A stretch of 32,000 nt of DNA from positions 150,001 to 182,000 of the forward strand of contig NZ_CP017260.1 of assembly GCF_001735745.1 (NCBI RefSeq), read 5' to 3'. Position numbers and translations under genes: made by a program. Below the pieces are notes generated by a model. It saw nothing but the letters and a program-made list of their open reading frames with translations, made no database searches and had not been told where the DNA came from. The DNA is from Formosa sp. Hel1_33_131 (GTDB lineage: Bacteria > Bacteroidota > Bacteroidia > Flavobacteriales > Flavobacteriaceae). Of this stretch, positions 1-10,412 are shown piece by piece; within the stretch, counting starts at the first letter, position 1, and every line of letters begins with the position of its first letter.

Positions 1-2
1 AT

Positions 3-161
3 AATGGTGAGATTGAAAAAGATCAAAAAGAAATCAATACCCTAAACTCAACTGATGGCATTGAAAAATATGCACGGGAGCATTATAAAATGAAAAAAGA
101 AAATGAAGTCGTTTATATTATAGAAGACACCGATAGTTTAAAGGTTAAAACAAATGAGTAA
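3..161 (+). CDS. C-terminal fragment of a septum-formation-initiator (FtsB/DivIC-like) protein, 5'-truncated by the window edge
   Basis: Frame 3 is open from the window edge: [52 protein letters not shown]. The EKYARE-Y-MKK-NE tail resembles flavobacterial FtsB-type proteins from memory. The TAA stop at 159-161 overlaps the mutA start (ATGAGTAA). Confidence 0.4.
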   Translation, partial: NGEIEKDQKEINTLNSTDGIEKYAREHYKMKKENEVVYIIEDTDSLKVKTNE

Positions 162-1524
162 ATCAAATCTTTTTGAGAATTTTGAATCTGGTTCTGCTAA
201 AGCGTGGAAACAAAAGATTCAATTTGAACTTCAAGGAAAAGATTTTAATGACCATTTAGTTTGGAATTCTATTGAAGGAATTGACGTGAAACCCTTCTAT
301 CATTCCGAAGCTTATTCCAAAGCACCGGACATTCAACACAATGCTTCTGACTGGAACATCGGACATTCAATTTATGTAAATTCCGTAGAAAAAAGCAATA
401 CCCACGCTCTTAAATTGATTGAAAGTGGAGTTGAAAGTTTACATTTCACACTCCCAACAGTTAGCATTTCAGTAGAGGAACTTCTTAAAAATATTGACAC
501 TTCTTCTGTTCCAATTTATTTTGAACCTTTATGTCTTTCAGAAAAACTAATCAAATCACTTCAGGATTTTTCATTAAAAAATAAGACGTCATTTTACATC
601 TTACAAGACCCTATTGGTCACTTGGCACGCTCTGGAAATTGGCATGAAAATCTCAAAACAGATTTACATACACTAAAACAAACGATTGCTTTAGGAGATA
701 CTTTAAAAAGTGTTATTTCTGTCGATTTAGGACTTTTTCAAAATGCAGGCGGTAGCATGATTCAACAACTTGCCTATACCCTAGCCCATGCCAATGAATA
801 CCTTAATTTATTTGATGATGAATCCATAAAATCTGTGGTTTTTAAAGTCTCTGTTGGAGGAAATTACTTTTTTGAAATTGCTAAACTTCAAGCATTGCGA
901 GTCTTATGGTACAGTCTTACAAAGGATTATGGACTTTCAATTGACTGTCATATTCTTACACAGCCCAGCCGTCGTAATAAAACAATTTACGACTACAACA
1001 TTAATATGTTGAGAACGACCACTGAATGCATGAGCGCCATTTTGGGAAGTAGCGATACCATTATCAATATGCCCTACGATCATTTGTACCATAAGGATAA
1101 TGATTTTGGAAATCGATTGTCAAGAAATCAATTGTTGATTCTCAAAAAGGAAAGTTATTTTGATGCCGTTTCCAACCCCACAGAAGGTGCTTATTATATT
1201 GAGACACTGACGCATCAATTGGCTCAAAAGTCATTGGATTTATTTAAAGACATCGAAAAACAAGGCGGCTTTTTAAAACTTCTCAAAGAAGGCATGGTTC
1301 AACGGAAACTGAAAGAGCATGCACAAAAAGAACAGCGTTTATACGACGAAGGAACTGAAGGCCTTTTGGGAACTCATTTTCAACAAAACGCATTGGATAC
1401 AATGAAATCGGATTTAGAAATTTATCCGTTCATCAAACAACTGGCTCGAAAAACATTGTTAGAACCCATCATCCCTCGCAGAATCTCTGAGGAACTAGAA
1501 CAAAAACGGTTGAAAGATGAGTAG
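154..1524 (+). CDS. mutA: methylmalonyl-CoA mutase small (beta) subunit
   Basis: 456-aa ORF that is colinear with the mutase fold but lacks a B12-binding domain. It overlaps the large-subunit gene by 8 nt, the typical mutA-mutB coupling. Confidence 0.8.
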   Translation: MSKSNLFENFESGSAKAWKQKIQFELQGKDFNDHLVWNSIEGIDVKPFYHSEAYSKAPDIQHNASDWNIGHSIYVNSVEKSNTHALKLIESGVESLHFTLPTVSISVEELLKNIDTSSVPIYFEPLCLSEKLIKSLQDFSLKNKTSFYILQDPIGHLARSGNWHENLKTDLHTLKQTIALGDTLKSVISVDLGLFQNAGGSMIQQLAYTLAHANEYLNLFDDESIKSVVFKVSVGGNYFFEIAKLQALRVLWYSLTKDYGLSIDCHILTQPSRRNKTIYDYNINMLRTTTECMSAILGSSDTIINMPYDHLYHKDNDFGNRLSRNQLLILKKESYFDAVSNPTEGAYYIETLTHQLAQKSLDLFKDIEKQGGFLKLLKEGMVQRKLKEHAQKEQRLYDEGTEGLLGTHFQQNALDTMKSDLEIYPFIKQLARKTLLEPIIPRRISEELEQKRLKDE

Positions 1525-3634
1525 AAAAAAAGTTCAACATATTATTTTAGAAGGAGTCAAAACCAAACCCTCAACAAAAAAATCGTTTGATACTGCCGAG
1601 ACCATCGCCGTACAATCAAATTATTCAAAAGAAGACACAGACGCTTTAGAACACCTAAATTTTGCCGCAGGAACTGCACCCTTTTTGAGAGGTCCTTACA
1701 GCACAATGTATGTGCAGCGCCCATGGACTATCAGACAATACGCTGGATTTTCGACCGCCGAAGACAGCAACGCATTCTATAAACGGAATTTAAAAGCCGG
1801 ACAAAAAGGACTGTCCGTCGCCTTTGACTTGCCCACACATCGGGGTTATGACAGTGATCATGAACGCGTTGTTGGAGATGTAGGAAAAGCCGGCGTTGCT
1901 ATAGATTCTGTCGAAGATATGAAGTTGTTATTTGATGAAATTCCTTTGGATCAAATGAGTGTATCCATGACAATGAACGGTGCCGTATTGCCAATTATGG
2001 CGTTTTATATTGTCGCGGCTCAAGAACAAGGCATAAAAATGGAGCAATTAAATGGAACGGTTCAAAATGATATTTTGAAAGAATTTATGGTGAGAAACAC
2101 CTATATCTATCCGCCTGAAGCTTCGATGAAAATTGTTTCTGACATCTTTGAGTACACCAGTAAACACATGCCAAAGTTTAACAGTATTAGTATTTCTGGA
2201 TACCATATGCAAGAAGCTGGGGCTACAGCAGACATAGAGCTAGCTTATACCTTAGCCAATGGGCTTGAATACATCCGAAAGGGATTAGATGCAGGTTTAG
2301 AAATAGACACCTTTGCCCCTCGATTGTCATTTTTTTGGGGCATTGGAATGAATCATTTTATGGAAGTTGCCAAACTTCGAGCAGCCCGTATGTTGTGGGC
2401 TAAAATTGTTCAAAAATTTAATCCTAAAAATCCAAAATCTTTAGCACTGAGAACCCATTGTCAAACCAGTGGATGGAGTTTAACAGAACAAGATCCTTTT
2501 AATAATGTTGCTCGCACCTGTATTGAAGCCACGGCCGCTATTTTTGGCGGCACTCAAAGTTTACATACAAATGCCTTGGATGAAGCGATTGCGTTGCCTA
2601 CCGATTTTTCGGCAAGAATAGCAAGAAACACCCAACTATACCTTCAAAAAGAAACTAAAATAACCAAAACGGTAGATCCTTGGGCAGGAAGTTATTATGT
2701 AGAAAAACTGACCCATGAAATTGCCGAAAAATCTTGGAGTCATATTGAAGAGGTGGAAGCCTTAGGGGGCATGACCAAAGCCATTAAATCTGGAGTTCCA
2801 AAACTTAGAATTGAAGAAGCAGCAGCACGCAAACAAGCCCGTATAGATTCTGGTCAAGATACCATCGTAGGAGTGAATAAATTCAAGCTTGAGAATGAAG
2901 ATGCGTTACATATTTTGGAAGTAGATAACGAATTGGTTCGGGCTCAACAATTAGAGCGGTTAAATCACACGAAAATTCAACGCAATTCAGAAAAAGTAAA
3001 GGTGGTTTTAGAAAAATTAACAAAAGCTGCAGCAAATGGAAGTGAAAATTTACTAGCTTTAGCGGTAGAAGCTGCCAGACATCGTGCAACACTAGGAGAA
3101 ATAAGCGACGCATTAGAGCAAGAGTTTGGGAGGTATAAAGCAGAAATTAAAACATTTTCAGGTGTGTACAGTAAAGAAATAAAAAATGATGTGTCTTTTG
3201 AAAAAGCCAAGCAATTGGCCAATCAGTTTGCAAAATCAGAAGGACGACGTCCAAGAATTATGATTGCTAAAATGGGACAAGATGGTCACGATCGCGGCGC
3301 AAAAGTGGTGGCTACTGGCTATGCCGATTTAGGTTTCGATGTTGATATTGGCCCCCTCTTTCAAACGGCAGAAGAAGCCGCGAAGCAAGCGATTGAAAAC
3401 GACGTGCATATTTTGGGTGTATCATCTTTAGCTGGCGGTCATAAAACACTCGTGCCTAAAGTTATTGAAGCCCTAAAAGCATACGGACGTGAAGATATTA
3501 TGGTGATTGTGGGTGGCGTAATTCCTAAGCAAGATTATCAATATTTGTTCGATGCTGGGACGGTTGCTGTGTTTGGACCGGGCACAAAAATTAGCGAAAC
3601 TGCCATTATAGTGTTGGATATATTAATAAATTAA
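1517..3634 (+). CDS. mutB: methylmalonyl-CoA mutase large (alpha) subunit, B12-dependent
   Basis: 705 aa. N-terminal mutase barrel motifs are present ([31 protein letters not shown]). The C-terminal cobalamin-binding domain has the DxHxxG motif ([13 protein letters not shown]) and a GG(V/I)IP segment. Confidence 0.93.
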   Translation: MSRKKVQHIILEGVKTKPSTKKSFDTAETIAVQSNYSKEDTDALEHLNFAAGTAPFLRGPYSTMYVQRPWTIRQYAGFSTAEDSNAFYKRNLKAGQKGLSVAFDLPTHRGYDSDHERVVGDVGKAGVAIDSVEDMKLLFDEIPLDQMSVSMTMNGAVLPIMAFYIVAAQEQGIKMEQLNGTVQNDILKEFMVRNTYIYPPEASMKIVSDIFEYTSKHMPKFNSISISGYHMQEAGATADIELAYTLANGLEYIRKGLDAGLEIDTFAPRLSFFWGIGMNHFMEVAKLRAARMLWAKIVQKFNPKNPKSLALRTHCQTSGWSLTEQDPFNNVARTCIEATAAIFGGTQSLHTNALDEAIALPTDFSARIARNTQLYLQKETKITKTVDPWAGSYYVEKLTHEIAEKSWSHIEEVEALGGMTKAIKSGVPKLRIEEAAARKQARIDSGQDTIVGVNKFKLENEDALHILEVDNELVRAQQLERLNHTKIQRNSEKVKVVLEKLTKAAANGSENLLALAVEAARHRATLGEISDALEQEFGRYKAEIKTFSGVYSKEIKNDVSFEKAKQLANQFAKSEGRRPRIMIAKMGQDGHDRGAKVVATGYADLGFDVDIGPLFQTAEEAAKQAIENDVHILGVSSLAGGHKTLVPKVIEALKAYGREDIMVIVGGVIPKQDYQYLFDAGTVAVFGPGTKISETAIIVLDILIN

Positions 3635-3701
3635 TTATATTTATACGATTCTTAACCAAATCAACCGATAAGTAAGTAGCAAATGAAATCCCAAATCTCA
3701 T

Positions 3702-4793
3702 ATGTCACTATCAAAAGTCATAGCAATTGCGAACCAAAAAGGAGGTGTTGGTAAAACAACAACTGCTATTAATCTATCCTGTGCACTCGGTATCTTGGAG
3801 CAAAACGTGTTGCTTATTGATGCAGACCCGCAAGCAAATGCAACTTCTGGCTTAGGGATCATTACAAAAAATATTGAATTTTCTACAGTAAATATATTTC
3901 AAGACGATGCAAATTTGGATCGCTGCATCTTAGACACACACAGTCCAAATTTAAAGATCATCCCAGGGTCTATCAAACTTGCCGAAATTGAAATCAATGT
4001 TAAAAACCCAAATTTAAATCGATTAAAAACAGCCTTAGATGTGTTGAAAAATAAATTTGATTTCATCATTATTGATTGTTCGCCGTCATTGGGCTATCTG
4101 ACTTTAAATTCATTTGTGGCTGCGGACTCCATCATCATACCCGTACAATGTGAGTTTTATGCATTAGACGGACTGAGAAAGCTACTCTCTACAATTAAAA
4201 GTGTTAGAAAATCGTTCAATATAAACTTAACTATTGAAGGCATTTTAATGACGATGTATGACAACCGCCTAAATCATAATAGCCATATTATTAATGAATT
4301 AAAAACACATTTTGAGGATTTAATATTTAAGACAATTATTAAAAGAAACGTAAGTTTAAGCGAAGCACCTAGTTTTGGAACGAGCGTTTTTGATTATAAA
4401 ATGAATAGCGAAGGCTCTACTAACTACCTCAATCTATCCCGTGAAATTATGAAAAATCAAACTTCGAGTAAACAAAAATCTTTAGGCAAAAAGATTCCTC
4501 AAATTCTGAAAGATACTGAAGAAACTATTTTGCTTGATCCTTCCGTTAAAGAAAGAAACCTAGAAAATTATAAAACGTTTTCATTGAAAGATAAAAATTT
4601 CGATAAACTTATCGGCTGTACAAAGAAGGAAGTCATTGTCCAATTAGGACTGGTATATAATGATTTACATTCTGATATATGGATGTATCACATAACAGAT
4701 AAAGTAAGTTTGATTAAGAAAAACTATCTTTATATTTATTTTGATAAAAACAAAGTCAACCTCATTAAATTAAGACGCTTCAAATACAGTTAA
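3702..4793 (+). CDS. ParA/Soj-family ATPase paralog with a ~110-aa C-terminal extension of unknown function
   Basis: Residues 1-~250 are colinear with the adjacent canonical ParA; by eye about half the positions are identical. The deviant Walker A (NQKGGVGKTT), the LLIDADPQ segment and Walker B (IIIDCSPS) are intact. The protein then continues ~110 aa past the point where ParA ends (EIMKNQ). Confidence 0.85.
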   Translation: MSLSKVIAIANQKGGVGKTTTAINLSCALGILEQNVLLIDADPQANATSGLGIITKNIEFSTVNIFQDDANLDRCILDTHSPNLKIIPGSIKLAEIEINVKNPNLNRLKTALDVLKNKFDFIIIDCSPSLGYLTLNSFVAADSIIIPVQCEFYALDGLRKLLSTIKSVRKSFNINLTIEGILMTMYDNRLNHNSHIINELKTHFEDLIFKTIIKRNVSLSEAPSFGTSVFDYKMNSEGSTNYLNLSREIMKNQTSSKQKSLGKKIPQILKDTEETILLDPSVKERNLENYKTFSLKDKNFDKLIGCTKKEVIVQLGLVYNDLHSDIWMYHITDKVSLIKKNYLYIYFDKNKVNLIKLRRFKYS

Positions 4794-4874
4794 AAACTTG
4801 ATCAAATTCTTGAACAATTTGGTTTTTATTCCTCGTAAATAATTGTATTTTTACATAAATAAAAGAAAAAATTA

Positions 4875-5636
4875 ATGGGAAAACTCATTGCGATAGCAAA
4901 TCAAAAAGGAGGCGTTGGAAAAACCACCACTACGGTTAATCTAGCCGCTTGCTTAGGAGTTTTAGATAAAAAAGTATTATTGATCGATGCAGACCCTCAA
5001 GCGAATGCTTCTTCTGGTCTTGGAATTGATGTAGATAATGTCGCCATAGGAACGTATCAATTATTAGAACATAATTGTACGGCTGAAGAAGCCATCCAAA
5101 AGACGACTGCTACAAATGTTGATATTATTCCTGCACATATTGATTTGGTTGCCATCGAAATTGAATTGGTTAATATGGAACAACGAGAATATATGCTCAA
5201 GCAAGCCATTGAATCTGTTAAATCTAAATACGATTATATACTTATTGATTGCGCACCATCTTTAGGGCTGTTGACGCTTAATGCATTAACTGCTTCGGAC
5301 TCCGTTATCATTCCCATTCAATGCGAATATTTTGCATTAGAAGGCTTAGGTAAATTATTGAACACCATCAAAAGTGTGCAAAAAATTCATAACGAACATT
5401 TAGATATTGAAGGGTTATTACTCACAATGTATGATTCTCGATTGCGACTTTCCAACCAAGTCGTGGAAGAAGTTCAAAACCACTTTACAAACATGGTTTT
5501 TAAGACCATTATTCAGCGCAACGTACGACTCAGTGAAGCCCCAAGCCATGGTGAGAGTATAATTTATTATGATGTAAATAGTAAAGGTGCTACAAATTAC
5601 TTAAGTTTGGCTAAAGAAATCATAAGTAAACAGTAA
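4875..5636 (+). CDS. parA: chromosome partitioning ATPase ParA (Soj)
   Basis: 253 aa with KGGVGKTT, LLIDADPQANASSGLG and ILIDCAPSLG. It lies immediately upstream of parB. Confidence 0.93.
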   Translation: MGKLIAIANQKGGVGKTTTTVNLAACLGVLDKKVLLIDADPQANASSGLGIDVDNVAIGTYQLLEHNCTAEEAIQKTTATNVDIIPAHIDLVAIEIELVNMEQREYMLKQAIESVKSKYDYILIDCAPSLGLLTLNALTASDSVIIPIQCEYFALEGLGKLLNTIKSVQKIHNEHLDIEGLLLTMYDSRLRLSNQVVEEVQNHFTNMVFKTIIQRNVRLSEAPSHGESIIYYDVNSKGATNYLSLAKEIISKQ

Positions 5637-5640
5637 CATA

Positions 5641-6540
5641 ATGGCCAAAGCTTTTAAAAAACAAGCCTTAGGACGCGGACTCTCTGCTCTCTTACAAGAC
5701 CCAAAAAAGGAACCACAGACTGCTGTAAGTACAAGCAGCAGCCCTCAAGTAGGAACTATTGTTGCATTGGAATTAAACCAAATAGAAGTCAACCCGTTCC
5801 AACCCCGAACGCAATTTAAAGAAGAAGCCATCCGTGAGTTAGCTTCTTCTATTCAAGAATTAGGAGTGATTCAACCCATAACCGTTCGTAAAACCGACGC
5901 CAATACATTTCAATTGGTTTCTGGTGAACGTCGTTTTAGAGCTTCTAAATTATTAGACTTCAAAACAATTCCAGCGTATATTCGAATTGCAAATGACCAA
6001 GAAGCCTTAGAAATGGCATTGGTTGAAAACATTCAACGTCAAGATTTAGACCCTATCGAAATTGCTTTAAGCTACCAAAGATTGATCGATGACATCCAAT
6101 TGACTCAAGAACAAATGAGCCAACGTGTTGGAAAAAAACGATCTACTATTGCTAATTATTTACGATTATTAAAACTAGACCCCTTAATCCAAACAGGAAT
6201 GCGCGATGGATTTATCAGTATGGGACATGGAAGGGCCATTGTAAATATAAGTTCTCATGCAGATCAAATTGCTATTTATAAAGAAATTATTTCGAACAAA
6301 TTATCCGTTCGAGCTACCGAAACACTGGTTAAAAATTACAATACTCCCAAATCAGTAAAAACCACTAAACAGAACGAATTACCTGATTTTGTTAAAAATG
6401 GTGTTCAAAAAATAGCGTCTTATTTTGGTCATAAAATTGATGTTAAGATGGAAAAAAAAGAGAGTGGAAAAATACTGATTCCCTTTCATTCTAAAGAAGA
6501 CTATGACCGCATCTTAAAATTATTTAAAAGTGATAAATAA
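5641..6540 (+). CDS. parB: chromosome partitioning protein ParB (Spo0J)
   Basis: 299 aa with an N-terminal GRGLSALL, GERRFRAS, LVENIQRQDLDPIE and an HTH region (QEQMSQRVGKKRSTIANYLRLL). Confidence 0.93.
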   Translation: MAKAFKKQALGRGLSALLQDPKKEPQTAVSTSSSPQVGTIVALELNQIEVNPFQPRTQFKEEAIRELASSIQELGVIQPITVRKTDANTFQLVSGERRFRASKLLDFKTIPAYIRIANDQEALEMALVENIQRQDLDPIEIALSYQRLIDDIQLTQEQMSQRVGKKRSTIANYLRLLKLDPLIQTGMRDGFISMGHGRAIVNISSHADQIAIYKEIISNKLSVRATETLVKNYNTPKSVKTTKQNELPDFVKNGVQKIASYFGHKIDVKMEKKESGKILIPFHSKEDYDRILKLFKSDK

Positions 6541-7108
6541 GCATTGGCTCCTTATATTTTTTTGTGCATTTTCGTTCGTTAATTTTGCTCAAAATACAGA
6601 TGACACTCCAAAGAAGTTAGAAACGGATGCGTATGAGCCTGTAGTTATGGATCCTTTGGCACCCTCAAAAGCAGCTTTTTATTCTGCCATTTTACCAGGA
6701 CTCGGACAGGCAGTTAATAAAAAATATTGGAAAATTCCCATTGTATATGCAGCACTCGGAACAAGTATTTATTTTTATTTAGACAATGACAAGTCCTACA
6801 AGCGCTACAGAAATGCCTACAAAAGACGTTTGGCTGGATTTGTGGATGATGAGTTTTATGGTGAAGGAGACATCCCGCTCCTCTCTGACGATGCACTCAT
6901 TCGCGCCCAACAAACGTTGAGACGGAATAAAGAATTATCCTTATTAATTACCATTGGGCTTTATGCCTTAAATATTATCGATGCAAACGTAGATGCCCAT
7001 TTATTGCAATATAATGTGGACAAAAATTTAGCGGTCAACCCATTCGTTGACTTCGACACTCCAGATACATCTGCTCAACTTGGGGTGTCAATCAACTTTA
7101 ATTTTTAA
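6530..7108 (+). CDS. DUF5683-like secreted/membrane protein conserved downstream of parB in Flavobacteriia
   Basis: GTG start overlaps the parB stop by 11 nt. There is a signal peptide (LLIFFCAFSFVNFAQ) and an ILPGLGQ motif. The position after parB is typical for this family (from memory). Confidence 0.7.
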   Translation: MINKHWLLIFFCAFSFVNFAQNTDDTPKKLETDAYEPVVMDPLAPSKAAFYSAILPGLGQAVNKKYWKIPIVYAALGTSIYFYLDNDKSYKRYRNAYKRRLAGFVDDEFYGEGDIPLLSDDALIRAQQTLRRNKELSLLITIGLYALNIIDANVDAHLLQYNVDKNLAVNPFVDFDTPDTSAQLGVSINFNF

Positions 7109-7109
7109 A

Positions 7110-7814
7110 ATGAAAATAGCACTTTTAGGATACGGAAAAATGGGGAAAGTAATTGAGAAAATTGCTGTAAGTCGCGGACATGAAGTGACATTGAAAATTG
7201 ATAAAGACACCCCTCCTTATGACATCACTACCGTTGATGTCGCAATTAATTTTAGCACACCAGATTCTGCGGTCGAAAACATTCGAATAGCCCTTGAAAA
7301 TGGCATTCCTGTGATTTCGGGAACAACGGGCTGGTTATCTGAAATGGAAGCTATAAAAGAAGTGTGCAGTGCTCGAAACGGCGCATTTATCTATGCATCA
7401 AATTTTAGTTTAGGGGTCAACATATTCTTTGAACTCAATAAACATTTAGCAAAAATGATGAAAAATCTAACGGACTATTCTGTAGATCTTGAAGAAATTC
7501 ATCACACTCAAAAACAAGATGCACCTTCTGGGACCGCCATCACACTCGCTGAAGGAATCTTAGAAAATACCGCTTACGATTCTTGGGAGCTAGCACCTGT
7601 GAAGGATGCTAGCAAATTAGCCATCACTGCCAAACGCATCGATGCTGTTCCGGGCACTCATACAGTAAATTACGATTCTGAAGTGGACAATATTTCGTTA
7701 ACACACACCGCACACAACAGAGAAGGATTTGGACTGGGAGCTGTGGTTGCAGCCGAATGGATTCTTGGAAAAACAGGAGTGTTCACAATGAATGACGTGT
7801 TAAACATTGGTTAA
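7110..7814 (+). CDS. dapB: 4-hydroxy-tetrahydrodipicolinate reductase
   Basis: From the internal ATG at 7110 the protein starts MKIALLGYGKMGK (Rossmann GxGxxG) and contains EIHHTQKQDAPSGTA. The ORF-track start at 7047 would overlap the upstream gene by 62 nt and adds non-homologous residues. Confidence 0.9.
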   Translation: MKIALLGYGKMGKVIEKIAVSRGHEVTLKIDKDTPPYDITTVDVAINFSTPDSAVENIRIALENGIPVISGTTGWLSEMEAIKEVCSARNGAFIYASNFSLGVNIFFELNKHLAKMMKNLTDYSVDLEEIHHTQKQDAPSGTAITLAEGILENTAYDSWELAPVKDASKLAITAKRIDAVPGTHTVNYDSEVDNISLTHTAHNREGFGLGAVVAAEWILGKTGVFTMNDVLNIG

Positions 7815-7874
7815 ACTCTTGTGAAAAACTCGCACTAACCTATAAATTAGACATTTAAACAACTCAAAAATATT

Positions 7875-9476
7875 ATGACTTTATCACAATGGTTTATTTT
7901 TTTCTTAGCAATTCAATTGATTCACGGATTGGGTACTTGGAAACTATACGTTAAAGCAGGTCGAAAGGCATGGGAAGCATTCGTGCCAATTTACAACGGT
8001 ATCATATTCATGAAAATACTGAACCGACCAACTTGGTGGGTTGCGTTGTTATTTTTACCTGTGATTAGTTTAATCATGTTGATTGTCATCTGGGTGGAAA
8101 CCGCACGAAGCTTTGGGAAAAACACGACAACAGACACTATTTTATCCATCGTTACTTTAGGGTTTTATAGTTATTATTTAAACTATTTCACAGATATAAA
8201 ACATATAAATGAAAGAAGTTTGACTCCTAAATCCGGTTTGGGAGAATGGACGAGCTCCATACTGTTTGCAGTGGTGGCTGCGACTATTGTGCATACGTAT
8301 TTTTTACAACCGTATGTCATTCCATCTTCATCATTAGAGAAATCATTATTGGTGGGTGATTTTTTAATTGTGAGTAAAATGCACTATGGTCCTCGAGTAC
8401 CGATGACCACTATTGGACTTCCGATGGTACATGATACGATTCCTGTGTTGAATAAAAAGTCCTATTTATTTAGTGATAAAATTGACGAGCAAAACACTTC
8501 TTTAAAAAGTAGATTTCAACTCCCCTATTTACGAATTCCAGGGTGGGAAAAAATTGAGCGAAATGAAATTGTTGTTTTCAATCAACCGGCAGATACATTG
8601 CTGGATATGAATGACTTTAGACCAGATAGAAATTACTACAAACCCATTGATAAAAAGACCAATTTGGTAAAACGCTGTGTGGCGATTGCTGGGGATACCC
8701 TCGAAATCAGAGATGGATATGTATATATCAACGGTATTCAAAACGAACTTCCTGACCGCGCAAAATTGCAGTTTAGTTATGAAGTGACATTAAAACCTGG
8801 GAAAACGTTTGCAAACAGCATCATAGAACAGTTAAAAACACGCTATGACATTACCGATGGTATCTATGCGATGGGGAATAAAATCATCATTCCAGCAGCA
8901 TCAGATGACGCCGTTAAAGTGTTCAAAAACCACCCGAGTGTCGCATCAATCACACGCTTTATAGAACCAAAAGGAAAAGCAGACACTGGCTTGTTCCCTC
9001 AAGATCCAAGTTATGAATGGAACCGTGATTTTTATGGTCCACTCTATATTCCCGAAGAAGGAAAAACAATGGAGCTTACTTTAAAAAATCTACCTGTTTA
9101 CAAACGTCTCCTCACAGAATACGAAGGAAATACAGTCTCTACAAAAGGCAATCAGATTTTTATAAACGGACAACTTTCTAATTCATATACCTTCAAACAA
9201 AACTACTATTGGATGATGGGTGACAATCGTCACAATTCCATTGACGCCCGTGCTTGGGGGTTTGTACCTTTTAACCACGTTGTAGGAAAACCTGTGTTTA
9301 TTTGGATGAGTTGGAATACCAATGGAAAAGGCTTCAATAAGATACGTTGGGATCGGCTGTTCTCAACCGTTCATGCTGATGGAGAACGCACTTCTTACTT
9401 TATTCCCTTCTTATTCTTATTAGCAGGATGGATTGGATACAGTAAATGGCGTAAAAGAAAAAATACAACGGTCTAA
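7875..9476 (+). CDS. lepB: signal peptidase I (long flavobacterial form with an N-terminal multi-TM extension)
   Basis: S26 boxes are present: the catalytic Ser region IPSSSLEKSLLVGDF, the Lys box LVKRCVAIAGD, and GDNRHNSIDARAWGFVP. About 140 N-terminal residues form extra TM helices. Confidence 0.88.
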   Translation: MTLSQWFIFFLAIQLIHGLGTWKLYVKAGRKAWEAFVPIYNGIIFMKILNRPTWWVALLFLPVISLIMLIVIWVETARSFGKNTTTDTILSIVTLGFYSYYLNYFTDIKHINERSLTPKSGLGEWTSSILFAVVAATIVHTYFLQPYVIPSSSLEKSLLVGDFLIVSKMHYGPRVPMTTIGLPMVHDTIPVLNKKSYLFSDKIDEQNTSLKSRFQLPYLRIPGWEKIERNEIVVFNQPADTLLDMNDFRPDRNYYKPIDKKTNLVKRCVAIAGDTLEIRDGYVYINGIQNELPDRAKLQFSYEVTLKPGKTFANSIIEQLKTRYDITDGIYAMGNKIIIPAASDDAVKVFKNHPSVASITRFIEPKGKADTGLFPQDPSYEWNRDFYGPLYIPEEGKTMELTLKNLPVYKRLLTEYEGNTVSTKGNQIFINGQLSNSYTFKQNYYWMMGDNRHNSIDARAWGFVPFNHVVGKPVFIWMSWNTNGKGFNKIRWDRLFSTVHADGERTSYFIPFLFLLAGWIGYSKWRKRKNTTV

Positions 9477-9485
9477 TACATTTGA

Positions 9486-10100
9486 ATGGTGCTTCTTTAT
9501 CCAGCGTATTTCCCAAACATTGCTTCTTATATAGTGATGGCACAATCAGACGAACTCGTATTTGAAATATGCGATTCTTATCAGAAACAAACCTATAGAA
9601 ACCGATGTTATATTTATGGTGCAAATGGAAAACTGAGTCTTAATATCCCTGTTCAATATTCTCAGAAAAACAGACAGAACACGGAAGAAATAGAGATTGA
9701 CAACACTTCTAAATGGCAATCCATACATTGGAAATCTATTGAGAGTGCGTATAAAACCTCTCCTTTTTTTGAATTTTATGAGGATGAATTTAAAGAGCTA
9801 TTTAACACACCAAAGGAGTTTCTTTTAGATTTCAATTTAGAATGCATTGCTGTCATTAATAGCTGTTTGGGTTTGGACCCTGTTGTATCCAATTCTGATC
9901 AGTTTTTAAAAACCAATACAGAATCAGACTATCGGTTTTTAGTGAACGCGCGAAAAGAATCTAAAATTGACACGACCACTTATATTCAAGTCTTTCAAGA
10001 GAAACATGGATTTATAAACAATTTGAGCATCTTAGATTTGTTATTCAACGAAGGCCCCAACGCTTTGAGTTATTTAAAAAATCATCCGATCACTTTTTAG
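9486..10100 (+). CDS. WbqC-family protein
   Basis: 204 aa. The N-terminus (LYPAYFPNIASY...DSYQKQTYRNRCYIYGANGKLSLNIPV) matches the WbqC-like signature as I remember it. Confidence 0.75.
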   Translation: MVLLYPAYFPNIASYIVMAQSDELVFEICDSYQKQTYRNRCYIYGANGKLSLNIPVQYSQKNRQNTEEIEIDNTSKWQSIHWKSIESAYKTSPFFEFYEDEFKELFNTPKEFLLDFNLECIAVINSCLGLDPVVSNSDQFLKTNTESDYRFLVNARKESKIDTTTYIQVFQEKHGFINNLSILDLLFNEGPNALSYLKNHPITF

Positions 10101-10103
10101 GAT

Positions 10104-10412
10104 ATGATTCAAGGGCTCATCCATTATGGCATTCATTTGATCGCTCCCTTAGGGGTCGCAGTATTATTTTATAGAAAAGATTGGATAAAATCCTATGTCA
10201 TTTTTTTGAGTGCTTTTGTCATTGACCTCGATCATTTACTAGCCACACGCCTCTTTGACCCTCATAGATGTAGCATCGATTTTCACCCGCTTCACTCCTA
10301 CGTCGCAATTGGAGTGTATCTCTGTTTATTAGTCCCCTCAAAAACGCGTTTGATTGGAATAGGACTTTGTATTCATATTCTCGCCGATTACTGCGATTGT
10401 TTATTTATGTAA
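10104..10412 (+). CDS. small His-rich integral membrane protein (DUF6122-like)
   Basis: 102 aa with 3 predicted TM helices and conserved His/Asp residues (IDLDHLL, HPLHS, HILADY). The family assignment is from memory only. Confidence 0.55.
   Translation: MIQGLIHYGIHLIAPLGVAVLFYRKDWIKSYVIFLSAFVIDLDHLLATRLFDPHRCSIDFHPLHSYVAIGVYLCLLVPSKTRLIGIGLCIHILADYCDCLFM

Noticed and set aside
2883-3222. Two minus-strand ORFs (76 and 81 aa) inside mutB
   Set aside because: They are fully antisense to a strongly supported 705-aa gene. They have low-complexity Leu/Phe-rich translations and no independent signals. They are typical shadow ORFs.
1-3701. Possible cobalamin riboswitch or meaB associated with the B12-dependent mutase genes
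   Set aside because: The mutA start overlaps the upstream gene, so there is no leader to hold a riboswitch. The gene after mutB is the ParA paralog, not a MeaB-type GTPase.
4803-4827. A weak hairpin CAAATT-CTTGAAC-AATTTG followed by T5, downstream of the ParA paralog
   Set aside because: The stem is 6 bp and entirely A/T-rich, so it is too weak to call a terminator feature. I mention it only as a possibility in the ParA-paralog finding.
7047-7109. Longer N-terminal extension of dapB given by the ORF track
   Set aside because: It would overlap the upstream gene by 62 nt. The ATG at 7110 gives the canonical MKIALLGYGKMGK Rossmann N-terminus, 1 nt after the upstream stop.
10401-10412. 12-nt overlap of the 3' ends of convergent genes (small membrane protein and EEP)
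   Set aside because: The overlap is real in the sequence, but it is a common consequence of compact genomes. No structure or signal is associated with it.
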